Positions 36,101 through 44,815 of a DNA stretch of 64,000 nt are shown here, in pieces (position 1 is the first letter of the stretch; every line of letters starts with the position of its first letter). The notes under the pieces were generated by a model. It ran no database searches and had not been told where the DNA came from. It was given only the letters and a program-made list of their open reading frames with translations. Made by a program: the position numbers and the translations under genes. Source of the stretch: Acidobacteriota bacterium (lineage in GTDB: Bacteria > Acidobacteriota > Blastocatellia > UBA7656); the NCBI GenBank assembly GCA_038040455.1, contig JBBPIH010000032.1, forward strand, positions 254 to 64,253. Reading direction: 5' to 3'.

Positions 36101-36163
36101 GAGACCGCGGGAAAGAATCGCTACTATCTTCTGAGGTTGGCGCGTTGAAGTTGAGGTGACCAG

Positions 36164-38128
36164 ATGAAAAGGGCTTTGGTTTGTACATTGATCGCGGCGA
36201 TGGCGGCGTGCACAACGAAGACGACGGAACAGACAATGAACAACTCGGGTGACAAGGAGTTCAAGAAGATTCACGACGTTTACGTCGTTGAATTCCTGCG
36301 TCGCAACCCGACGGTCAACACCTATCTCGGCGGCGCCGGGCTCGACCCCTCCTTGCGCGATGTCGATGGTACGCTGCGGGATCACTCGGCCGCGGCGCTT
36401 GCAGCCGAAGACCGCTGGCTCGCAGAAACCGAGAAGGCTTTCCAGAACATCGACCCTAACACTCTTTCGGCAAGCCTGCGCATAGACCGCGACGTCGCGC
36501 TCGCTCAGATTCGGTTCCTGCTCCATCAGCATCAGGTGCGCCGTTATCAGGAGCGCGCGCTCGATACCTACACCGATGAGCCCTTTCGCGCGGTCGACTG
36601 GCAATTGCAAGGGATGACTCAAACCGGCGAGAAGACCTACGGCACCGCTGATGAGTGGTCGCTCGTGGCCAAACGAGTGAGCGTGATCCCGCAGTTTCTT
36701 GCCGTCGCTCAGGAGCAACTGCTCGCCGGTGTGAAGTCGAACAACGCGCCCGACTTTCGAGTGCTCAAACGCAACGGCCTGGATACGTCAGCAGCCGATG
36801 CGAAGTATTTTGAAGAGACTCTACCAAAATTGGCGGAAGAGCGGATCGCCGGAGCCCAGCGCGATCAGTTGCTCGCTCAGGTTCGCGACGCCTCGAAACA
36901 GGCCGCTGAAGCCTATCGCAAACTGGCCGGGTTTGTGACGAACACTTTCTTCGACTCGGGTAATGCTGCCAGAACGGTGAAGAAAGAATTCGCCGGCGAT
37001 CGATTTGCGATGGGGGAAACCGAGTACGACTGGGCGCTCAAGAACAACTTTCACATCGATAAGACTGCGGCGCAGCTTTACGACGAGGCGTGGCCGATCG
37101 TCGAAGCTACCCAGAAAGAGATGATCGAGCTGGCTCGCGAGATCGGAAAGTCGCACGGGTGGACCCTTCCCGCCGAAGGCCCGGCTGCAGTGCGCGCCGT
37201 CTTCGATGAATTGTCAAAAGACTACCCCAAGTCCGACGCCGAGATGGTCTCGTGGTATCGGGATGCGGCATTTCGATTGGTCGACTACGCGCGCAAGACA
37301 GGAATCTTCGACGTGCCTGGTGACTACAAGCTCGAAGTGGTCGAGACTCCGCCGCCGCTGCGAGCTTCAATCGACGGCGCGGCCTACTATCCGGCGCCTC
37401 CGTTCAAGACGACGGGTGTCGGCCGGTTCTACGTGACGCCTACGGACAACGACCCTGCTGCTTTGAAATCGAACAATCGTTCAGCGCTCGCAGACCTGTC
37501 GGCGCACGAAGGCTTCCCCGGCCACGATTGGTATTACAAAGTCATGACTCAGTACAAAGATCAAATCGGTGAGGTTCGCTGGCTGACACCGGGGGCGGTT
37601 GAAGATTCATCGTCGATGTGGGAAGACTCGATGTCGGCGGAAGGATGGGGGCTGTATGCCGAAGCCTTGATGGCTGAGCCGCAGCCCGGCGCGCCTCAAG
37701 GGGCCTACGCACCTGAAGAAAGACTCTACCAGTTGCAGGGCAAGCTCTATCGCGATCTGCGAGTTCGCGTCGACACGGGCATTCACACCGGCCGGATGAG
37801 CTACGACGATGCGGTCGATCTGTTCTCGCAGGTGGTCGATTTTCTTCCGGGCTCCTGCCGCGATACGTCGGCGACCGCGAAGGACGATAAGCGAGCAAGC
37901 TGCAAGTCGGCCGAGGGCGCTATCTTTCGTTATTCGAAGTGGCCGACGCAGGCAATCACTTATCGCCTCGGCAAAGACCAGATCTACGCCTTGCGGGAAG
38001 AAGCGTCGAAACTCCTGGGTGATCGGTTCTCGGCCAAAACATTTCACCTTCTCTTCATCAAGCAGGGCACCATCCCCGCGGGATATTTTCGCGATGAGTT
38101 GCTGCGCGAGCTTCGCGAGACGAAATGA
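36164..38128 (+). CDS. DUF885 family lipoprotein
   Basis: Lipobox MKRALVCTLIAAMAAC. HEGFPGHDWYYK motif. Size of 654 aa is typical for DUF885. Confidence 0.75.
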   Translation: MKRALVCTLIAAMAACTTKTTEQTMNNSGDKEFKKIHDVYVVEFLRRNPTVNTYLGGAGLDPSLRDVDGTLRDHSAAALAAEDRWLAETEKAFQNIDPNTLSASLRIDRDVALAQIRFLLHQHQVRRYQERALDTYTDEPFRAVDWQLQGMTQTGEKTYGTADEWSLVAKRVSVIPQFLAVAQEQLLAGVKSNNAPDFRVLKRNGLDTSAADAKYFEETLPKLAEERIAGAQRDQLLAQVRDASKQAAEAYRKLAGFVTNTFFDSGNAARTVKKEFAGDRFAMGETEYDWALKNNFHIDKTAAQLYDEAWPIVEATQKEMIELAREIGKSHGWTLPAEGPAAVRAVFDELSKDYPKSDAEMVSWYRDAAFRLVDYARKTGIFDVPGDYKLEVVETPPPLRASIDGAAYYPAPPFKTTGVGRFYVTPTDNDPAALKSNNRSALADLSAHEGFPGHDWYYKVMTQYKDQIGEVRWLTPGAVEDSSSMWEDSMSAEGWGLYAEALMAEPQPGAPQGAYAPEERLYQLQGKLYRDLRVRVDTGIHTGRMSYDDAVDLFSQVVDFLPGSCRDTSATAKDDKRASCKSAEGAIFRYSKWPTQAITYRLGKDQIYALREEASKLLGDRFSAKTFHLLFIKQGTIPAGYFRDELLRELRETK

Positions 38129-38129
38129 G

Positions 38130-38412
38130 AAGTGATGCGTGAAGCGTGAAACGGGATGCGTGGCTCGTGATGCGTGAAACTGTTTGGGAAGGCCCTATGT
38201 GAAGGATCACAAGTGGGGAAGGGAGGCTTTGCCCCGCTCCTTGAAAAGTCTCCTCTACCAAGACAAGAGCGGGGGTAAACCACCCTTCCAGACCTGTGAT
38301 CCTTTCGCAGTAACTTGAAACTTCATCTTCACGCATAACGCATCACGCGCGTCACGATCACGCATCCCGCATCACGAATCACGTTTCGTTTCACGTGTTA
38401 CGCATCACGCAT
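38130..38412. repeat. Composite element: degenerate ACGCATC-type heptamer arms around a nested 99-bp palindrome
   Basis: Left arm GAAGTGATGCGTGAAGCGTGAAACGGGATGCGTGGCTCGTGATGCGTGAAAC. Nested palindrome 38204-38302 (GGATCACAAGTGGGGAAGGGAGGCTTTGCCCCGCTCCTTG ... CAAGAGCGGGGGTAAACCACCCTTCCAGACCTGTGATCC). Right arm CACGCATAACGCATCACGCGCGTCACGATCACGCATCCCGCATCACGAATCACG... Confidence 0.9.
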
Positions 38413-38417
38413 TTCTT

Positions 38418-40331
38418 ATGGCCATGCATTTCTCTTTCGGCCCCGCCAGTCCCGGCAATGAGCGGCCAACGCTTCACGAACGGTTCGCTGCGCTCCGCTA
38501 CATCCCTCCACTGATCAAGCTCGTGTGGGAGACGCATCGCGGCTACACGACGGCGATGGCGCTGCTGCGTCTGCTGCGAGCCGGCATTCCGGTAGCGATG
38601 CTCTGGGTCGGCAAGCTGATCATCGACGCAGTGGTTGCTTCGCGCGAATCATCTCCGGACTTCGCAAGGCTGTGGAAACTCGTCGCTCTTGAAGTCGTCA
38701 TCGTGACTGCGAACGATGTTCTTGCAAGAGCGTCGTCGCTGGTTGAAAGCTTGCTGGGCGACCTCTTCTCAAACCACACAAGCGTGCGATTGATGGAGCA
38801 TGCTGCCACGCTCGACCTTTCGCACTTCGAAGACCCGGCATTCTACGATCATCTCGAACGCGCGCGGCGGCAGACGACCAGCCGCATAGGGTTGCTGGCG
38901 CAGCTTCTGGCGATCGGGCAAGACGGCCTCACGTTGATATCGTTGGGCGCGGCGCTGATAGTGTACAGCCCGTGGCTTTTGCTGCTGCTTGCGGTCGCAG
39001 TGCTGCCGAGCTTTTTCGGTGAGACTCACTTCGCGTCCCTGGAATATTCGATGCAGTTTCGGTGGACGCCCGAGCGAAGACAGCTCGACTATCTGCGCTA
39101 TGTCGCCGCGAGCGATAGAACCGCGAAAGAAGTGCAGCTATTCGGACTGTCGCCGTGGCTGATCGAGCGGTTCCGCAAACTATCCTGGAGGTTCTACGAC
39201 GAGAACAAGAAGCTCTCGGTTCGCAAAGCGTATGTCAGCACGGCTCTGTCGCTGATAGGGACGCTTGGCTACTACAGCGCGTACGTAATCATACTAGCGC
39301 GTGCGGTGAACGGTGTAATCTCGATCGGCGAGCTGACCTTTATAGCCGGGTCGTTCGCGCGAAGCCGAGGATTGATCCAGGGACTGTTGATGGGCGCGGG
39401 CGGAATTTATCAACAGTGTCTCTACCTTAAGGACCTCTTCGATTTCTTTGATATGAAACCGTCGATCGCTTCGCCGCCGGGCGCGCCGTCGGTGCCGCGG
39501 CCCATCCGTGAAGGGTTTCTGTTCGAGGACATCGGCTTTCGCTATCCCGGGAGCGAGGCGTGGGCGGTGCGGCACGTGAGCTTCACGTTGCGTCCCGGCG
39601 AGCGCATTGCGTTCGTCGGTGAGAACGGCGCGGGCAAGACTACGCTCACCAAGCTGCTGGCGAGGCTTTATGATCCAACCGAAGGGCGCATCTTGCTGGA
39701 CGGAGTCGACCTTCGCGAGTATGACATTCATTCCGTGCGCCGCGCGATCGGGGTGATCTTTCAAGACTTCGTCAAATACGATTTGCGCTTCGACGAGAAC
39801 GTTGGCGTAGGGGAGATCGAGGAAGTGCGGTCATATCTCGACGCTTCCAGTGCCGGCGAACAAGAGCGCGACTCAAGTGCGGAGGCTGACGGCAACGGCG
39901 CAGTGCCCGGCGCGATTGTTTCCGCATCTGAGAAGTCGCAGGCCTCCTCGTTACTGCCGCGATTCGAAAAAGGCTACAAACAGATGCTCGGCCGGCGTTT
40001 CGACGAGGGGGTCGAGCTGTCGGGCGGCGAGTGGCAGAAGATCGCGCTCGCCCGCGCTTACATGCGCGACGCGCAGGTGTTGATTCTGGACGAGCCGACG
40101 GCTTCGCTCGATGCACGCGCCGAGTATGAAGTCTTTATACGATTTTCGAAGCTGGTAGCGGGAAGGATGGCGGTGATTATCTCGCACCGCTTCTCGACGG
40201 TGAGGATGGCCGACAGAATCATTGTTCTTCAGAACGGAACGGTTGTCGAAGACGGCTCGCACGCCGAGTTGGTCGCCGCCGGCGGGTTATACGGTGAACT
40301 TTTCGCGCTGCAGGCGGAAGGGTATCGATAG
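38418..40331 (+). CDS. ABC exporter, fused permease/ATPase (MsbA-like half transporter)
   Basis: N-terminal 6-TM region. Walker A GENGAGKTT, Q-loop IGVIFQDF, signature LSGGEWQKIALARA, Walker B VLILDEPT, H-loop IISHR. A low-complexity stretch of about 35-40 aa sits between the Q-loop and the signature. Confidence 0.85.
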   Translation: MAMHFSFGPASPGNERPTLHERFAALRYIPPLIKLVWETHRGYTTAMALLRLLRAGIPVAMLWVGKLIIDAVVASRESSPDFARLWKLVALEVVIVTANDVLARASSLVESLLGDLFSNHTSVRLMEHAATLDLSHFEDPAFYDHLERARRQTTSRIGLLAQLLAIGQDGLTLISLGAALIVYSPWLLLLLAVAVLPSFFGETHFASLEYSMQFRWTPERRQLDYLRYVAASDRTAKEVQLFGLSPWLIERFRKLSWRFYDENKKLSVRKAYVSTALSLIGTLGYYSAYVIILARAVNGVISIGELTFIAGSFARSRGLIQGLLMGAGGIYQQCLYLKDLFDFFDMKPSIASPPGAPSVPRPIREGFLFEDIGFRYPGSEAWAVRHVSFTLRPGERIAFVGENGAGKTTLTKLLARLYDPTEGRILLDGVDLREYDIHSVRRAIGVIFQDFVKYDLRFDENVGVGEIEEVRSYLDASSAGEQERDSSAEADGNGAVPGAIVSASEKSQASSLLPRFEKGYKQMLGRRFDEGVELSGGEWQKIALARAYMRDAQVLILDEPTASLDARAEYEVFIRFSKLVAGRMAVIISHRFSTVRMADRIIVLQNGTVVEDGSHAELVAAGGLYGELFALQAEGYR

Positions 40332-40347
40332 CTTGGCGCATCACCGG

Positions 40348-40965
40348 CTAGCGTTGCGCTCGCGAGGGGGTTCGCTGGGTCAGGTGAGGAAGGAATTTGT
40401 TCAGGACGCGATAACCTAATAACACCGCCACCGCAACGCCAAACAAGACCGGCTCGCGAGTGTCGGCCTTAACGAGCATGTAGTAGTGAATTACCCCGCC
40501 AATTGCCGCGACGTAAGCTAGCCAGTGCAGCCGATTCCATCGCTTCCCGCCCAACCGCTTGATGCTCCTTTGAGTTGAAGTCAGAGCAAGCGGCACCAGT
40601 ATCACAAAGCTAGCCATTCCTACGGTGATGAATGGGCGCTTGACGATGTCTTCGCCGATGAGCCGGAACCCGAAAAACTTATCGAACCAGACGTAGGTCA
40701 GCAGATGCAGGCAGCCGTAGAAGAACCCGTACAGGCCAAGCAAGCGGCGGAACTTGATCATCCAGGGCAGCCCGAGCGTTTTGCGAAACGGCGTGACGGC
40801 AAGCGAGAGTATCAAGAACAGCAGGGTCAGAACGCCGGTCGTGCGAGTGGCGAATTCAGTGGGGTTCGCGCCAAGGCGGTGGTGATACCAGTCCCAACCA
40901 AGCAGCGAAAGCGGCACCGCGCTGCTGATGAAAATCACGAGTTGTGCGAAGCGAGTGTCTTTCAT
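40348..40965 (-). CDS. msrQ: Protein-methionine-sulfoxide reductase heme-binding subunit MsrQ (YedZ)
   Basis: 205-aa polytopic membrane protein with conserved His-containing helices (CLHLLTYVW, VIHYYMLVK). Downstream of msrP on the same strand. Confidence 0.8.
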   Translation of the reverse strand: MKDTRFAQLVIFISSAVPLSLLGWDWYHHRLGANPTEFATRTTGVLTLLFLILSLAVTPFRKTLGLPWMIKFRRLLGLYGFFYGCLHLLTYVWFDKFFGFRLIGEDIVKRPFITVGMASFVILVPLALTSTQRSIKRLGGKRWNRLHWLAYVAAIGGVIHYYMLVKADTREPVLFGVAVAVLLGYRVLNKFLPHLTQRTPSRAQR

Positions 40966-40970
40966 GCAAA

Positions 40971-41196
40971 TTTCGTGATGGGTGATGCCTCATTCGTGAA
41001 GCTCAAGGTCTAAGCTACCGTACCAGGATCACAGGTCGGGAAGGGTGGTTTACCCCCGCTCCTTGTACAGCCAACTCTGCCAAAGTCGAAAGACAAGAGC
41101 GGGGGTAAACCACCCTTCCCGACCGTGATCCTACCTATGGATCCTACCCAAACAGTTTCATGCATCACGGATTACGCATCACGATCAACGCATTAC
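40971..41196. repeat. Second copy of the composite element (opposite orientation to 38130-38412), inserted between msrP and msrQ
   Basis: Nested palindrome 41026-41131, with the right half nearly identical to that of copy 1 (AAGACAAGAGCGGGGGTAAACCACCCTTCC). Degenerate heptamer flanks TTTCGTGATGGGTGATGCC... and ...CATGCATCACGGATTACGCATCACGATCAACGCATTAC. The marker CCCAAACAGTTTC (41147-41159) is the reverse complement of GAAACTGTTTGGG (38176-38188). Confidence 0.9.
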
Positions 41197-41197
41197 T

Positions 41198-42169
41198 TCA
41201 ATAGTACTTCTTCAAATCCAGCCCGCTGTAAAGCTGCGCGACCTGCTCCCCGTAGCCATTGAACATCAACGTGTCTCTCAAGCCGAACTCACCGATGCGC
41301 CGCTCGCGGGCCTGGCTCCATCGAGGATGATCTACCTGCGGATTGACGTTTGAGTAGAAGCCGTATTCGCTCGGGCCCGCGATGTTCCAGGTAGTCGGCG
41401 GCTCGTCTTCAACGAGCTTTATTCTCACGATCGACTTGAGCCCTTTGAAGCCGTACTTCCACGGCACAACCAATCTAAGCGGCGCGCCGTTTTGAGGCGG
41501 AAGCGTTTCGCCGTACAGCCCGCTCGCGAGAATCGTCAGCGGATGCATCGCTTCATCCAATCGCAGTCCTTCGACGTACGGCCACTCAAGAACGTCCGAG
41601 GTCACGTTTGGCATCTGTTTCGGATCAGCGAGCGATTCAAACGCGACGTACTTCGCTTGTGACATCGGCTGCACTTGATCCAGGAGCGTGGCCAGCGGAA
41701 AGCCGACCCACGGAATCACCATTGACCACGCCTCGACGCAGCGAAGGCGATACACGCGCTCTTCGGGAGGGCTGATCTTCAACAGGTCGTCGATATCAAA
41801 AACGCGCGGCTGGTGAACGAGCCCCTCGACCACAACCGTCCACGGGCGAGTCACAAATCGTTTGGCCTTATCCGCGACCGCGCGCTTATCGGTCGAGAAC
41901 TCGTAGAAGTTGTTGTAGTGGGTTATGTCTTCATAGGACGTCTGCTTCTCGTCCAGCGTCTGAGCCACCGCCGGGGGAGGTTGCACGCTGGCGATCTTTT
42001 CTCCTGCCTGCGATTCTTCACTGTGACTTGTGAAGCGGCGGTAGACGAGTCCGGTAGCAGCCATTGTGCCCGCCAGTGCTGCGCCGCGGATGAACAGGCG
42101 CCGGGTCAGGTACAAATTCTTGCCGGTGATCTCGCTGCTTTTAATGTCTTCAGGTTTCTTGATCAACAT
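41198..42169 (-). CDS. msrP: Protein-methionine-sulfoxide reductase catalytic subunit MsrP (YedY), molybdopterin enzyme with Tat signal
   Basis: Tat motif [79 protein letters not shown] and VDHPRWSQ closely match E. coli MsrP as I remember it. Confidence 0.92.
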   Translation of the reverse strand: MLIKKPEDIKSSEITGKNLYLTRRLFIRGAALAGTMAATGLVYRRFTSHSEESQAGEKIASVQPPPAVAQTLDEKQTSYEDITHYNNFYEFSTDKRAVADKAKRFVTRPWTVVVEGLVHQPRVFDIDDLLKISPPEERVYRLRCVEAWSMVIPWVGFPLATLLDQVQPMSQAKYVAFESLADPKQMPNVTSDVLEWPYVEGLRLDEAMHPLTILASGLYGETLPPQNGAPLRLVVPWKYGFKGLKSIVRIKLVEDEPPTTWNIAGPSEYGFYSNVNPQVDHPRWSQARERRIGEFGLRDTLMFNGYGEQVAQLYSGLDLKKYY

Positions 42170-42516
42170 AGATGTTTCAATTCTAGCACTGCTCCATTAC
42201 ATGCACTCTCTAGTACGAGCCGCGCTGTGTCGGCGGTCTCCGAGGTAGCACAGACTTCAATCTGTACTCTGCCTGACACTCATGAATGCTTTCGCGCGGG
42301 CCGTTTATTCCTTTTGATTGGAATGTTCAGCGCGTTCACTCAGCGAAAAGCGCTCATCCTTTGGGTTTTGACGGCTGCTGGGCGAGCCGTAGCGGGTCCG
42401 CTACGGCGCCTTGTTTGACGGGGCGATCAACCGGCCGCGCTTTGCCGAGCGCCAGACACAAGCGCCGGAGCTGCGACACGCGCTTCAAGCGGACGGTCAC
42501 CGCTTTTGGAGACATA

Positions 42517-42987
42517 TCAACTTTCATCCAATCCCTCCTTCAATCGCTCGATGTCAGCGAGGTCCTGTCCGCTTGATCGCAGGGACTTCAGCGCGATTAA
42601 TCCCCTGCGAGATACTAGCCAGAGCGGTCCGTTTTCCGATTCGACTTGAGATCGAGAGGCCCACACATCTACGATCTCCGGTGTCACCAGAAGCAGATCG
42701 AGTGACAAAACGTCGCCGGCCTCGGTATCCAGCTTCGAGAAGCGCCGAATTTCGATTGCGCCGTGCGCGAAAGTCATCGGCATCGCTGCGATCGTATAGC
42801 CGAGATGCTGAACTGCAGTCCTCGCCCTATCAAGATCGTTTGGAAGAATCAGAAGATCGATGTCAACGGTAGCGCGAGGGTCGCTGTAGACAGATACGGC
42901 TAAGCCACCACACACGGCGTAGTCGATCCCGCCCTCCGTAAGAGAGGAGATTATCTCCCTAAATTCATCGTAGAGATCCAGCATCAA
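42517..42987 (-). CDS. Nucleotidyltransferase-fold protein (DUF2204/MNT-like)
   Basis: GIDYAVCGGLAVSVYSDPRATVDIDLLI (G-G ... D-x-D nucleotidyltransferase signature). 156 aa. Its start overlaps the HAD gene stop. Confidence 0.65.
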   Translation of the reverse strand: MMLDLYDEFREIISSLTEGGIDYAVCGGLAVSVYSDPRATVDIDLLILPNDLDRARTAVQHLGYTIAAMPMTFAHGAIEIRRFSKLDTEAGDVLSLDLLLVTPEIVDVWASRSQVESENGPLWLVSRRGLIALKSLRSSGQDLADIERLKEGLDES

Positions 42988-43627
42988 CTGTTGCCATCAT
43001 AGCTTTCAGCAAATCTACCGGTTCGTCGAGCACAAGGTCCGGCGACGCGGCAAGCAATCGCTCACGGCTTGATCCGCCCCATAGCGCCGCTGCCGTCCGC
43101 GTTCCGGCTGCGCGCCCCATCAAAATGTCAGCCGGACTGTCGCCGATGACAAGCGTCGAACAAGGATCCGCGCCAAGCTGAGACATCGCGCGCAGCACCC
43201 CGTCGGGTTCCGGTTTGGGTCTTTCAACGTCATCCCCCCAAACACTCAAGTCTATCATTGAGCGCAGCCCGGTGAAGTCGATCTCCCGTTCGCCCGCGCG
43301 CCTCGGCTTTAACGACACGACAGCAATGCGAGCGCCCCCCTCATTCAGCGACTCGAGCAACTCGGCGATGCCGTCGTAAGGGGTGAGATGATGATGGTGA
43401 TTGGCGTAGTAGTGCTCTTCGAAGCTAACCAGCATCTCGTCGAGCAGTTCGCGGCTGTAGCGGCCGAGCACTTCTTGAGGAGTGACGTTCCAGAAATCGT
43501 GAAACTCGTCTTCGTTTAATTCGAGCCCTGTGTGCAATCTGATCGAGTAAAGAAACGCCCCGCGGTACGCGGGTTCCGAGTGGGCGAGCGTTCCGTCAAA
43601 ATCGAAGATGAAGCAATCGAAATCCAT
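42965..43627 (-). CDS. HAD-superfamily hydrolase (phosphoglycolate phosphatase-like)
   Basis: Motif I FIFDFDGTLAHS, motif II VVSLKPR, motif IV VIGDSPADILMG. Confidence 0.8.
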   Translation of the reverse strand: MDFDCFIFDFDGTLAHSEPAYRGAFLYSIRLHTGLELNEDEFHDFWNVTPQEVLGRYSRELLDEMLVSFEEHYYANHHHHLTPYDGIAELLESLNEGGARIAVVSLKPRRAGEREIDFTGLRSMIDLSVWGDDVERPKPEPDGVLRAMSQLGADPCSTLVIGDSPADILMGRAAGTRTAAALWGGSSRERLLAASPDLVLDEPVDLLKAMMATVDAGSLR

Positions 43628-43634
43628 GAAAGAT

Positions 43635-43848
43635 GGTTTCGGGGTTCAGGGTTCGGGGTTCGGGGTTCAGGGTTCAGGGTTCAGGGTTCAGGGTTCAGGG
43701 TTCGGGTTCAGGTTCAGGGTTTACCTAATCGACGTATTACTCGAGGGAACTGGGACCTCCAAACGCTGAACCACGAACCAGGAAACTGAACTCGGAACCC
43801 TGAACTCTGAACCCTGAACCCGGAACTCTGAACCCTGAACTCGGAACC
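43635..43848. repeat. Inverted heptamer-array element (GGGTTCA/GGGTTCG type)
   Basis: Left arm 43635-43721 (GGTTTCGGGGTTCAGGGTTCGGGGTTCGGGGTTCAGGGTTCAGGG...). Unique centre. Right arm 43766-43848 (CTGAACCACGAACCAGGAAACTGAACTCGGAACCCTGAACTCTGAACCCTGAACCC...). Fills the spacer between two minus-strand genes. Confidence 0.95.
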
Positions 43849-43857
43849 GTTGACCCG

Positions 43858-44739
43858 CTATTGAATCAGCTTGATCGAAGACTTCGACTTCTCGACAAGC
43901 GTGCCTTCGCGCGGCTGCAGTTTTTCGCCTTCTCCCTTTGGAAGTGTGTTTGAGAGACGGCCTTCGATCGAAGTTTCGGTTGTTGCAGCAATGATGCGGC
44001 TTGCGGCCACGTCGTACTCGATTATGGTTCTGCCGTTCCCCGCCGCTATCACGCCTACGTCAATTCGGGCGTCCTTCGTTGTCAGCAATGAAGTCCCGCT
44101 CTGGTTCAGTGTGATTGCGCCTTCAATTAACGCTTTGGAACCATTTACCGATGATAGCTTGTAAGCGATTGTCGCGCGCTTTGTGATCTCGCCAATGGGT
44201 GTCGCAGAGATGTATTCAAAATTGCCTGCGAGGTTCTCACCGCCCGAGCCTTGTCCCCACGTCTGCCCGACGGCAACTTCGCCCGGCGGCGCCCACCTCC
44301 CCAGGCTGAATATCACCTGGGCCAGCCCTGTTTCGCTTACCGTTTCCGGAAGCGAGACTTTCATAACCTTGTCCTCTGAATCCAACTGGTATTCGATCTT
44401 CCGCCCAGCAAGAGAGGCGTCGGCGGTTGGTCTATCGACTCCGTCAACAGTCGTGCGAGTAGTAATCGCTTCGATGACCGCTTCATTAGTCAAATCGCCT
44501 TTCTCGCTGACAAGTGCCCGAATCACTACGGTTGCGACTGTCTCTCGATGCACATTGCTCGCGATGCCGTTCGAGCCCGTCGGAGTGACGTGCGTGTCAA
44601 CCGATCCGTTGATGAGGTAGCGATACTCCTGACCCGGCTTGAACACCGGCCTTAGCGACACGCGGCCCACCTGCGCACTCGCGGTTATCACTGTTGTCGT
44701 AACAAGCAAAATCGAAATGATGTTGGTTTTAGCGGTCAT
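43858..44739 (-). CDS. Hypothetical secreted protein
   Basis: ATG 44739 after GGAGA gives MTAKTNIISILLVTTTVITASAQ (signal peptide). The sequence looks beta-rich. The track's longer start (44895) overlaps the upstream gene. Confidence 0.6.
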   Translation of the reverse strand: MTAKTNIISILLVTTTVITASAQVGRVSLRPVFKPGQEYRYLINGSVDTHVTPTGSNGIASNVHRETVATVVIRALVSEKGDLTNEAVIEAITTRTTVDGVDRPTADASLAGRKIEYQLDSEDKVMKVSLPETVSETGLAQVIFSLGRWAPPGEVAVGQTWGQGSGGENLAGNFEYISATPIGEITKRATIAYKLSSVNGSKALIEGAITLNQSGTSLLTTKDARIDVGVIAAGNGRTIIEYDVAASRIIAATTETSIEGRLSNTLPKGEGEKLQPREGTLVEKSKSSIKLIQ

Positions 44740-44815
44740 TGCTCTCCTCGTTGTTTGTTCATCCGTGGTGTTTCTCTTCCCGTACCAAAGCAAGTTTGCG
44801 TTGATCCTCTGATCT

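Noticed and set aside
38130-41196. Interpreting the two inverted composite repeats plus the enclosed ABC exporter and msrQ as a composite transposon.
   Set aside because: No transposase or recombinase is enclosed. I could not identify target-site duplications by eye. msrQ belongs functionally with msrP, which lies outside the bracket. It is reported as an observation, not called as a mobile element.
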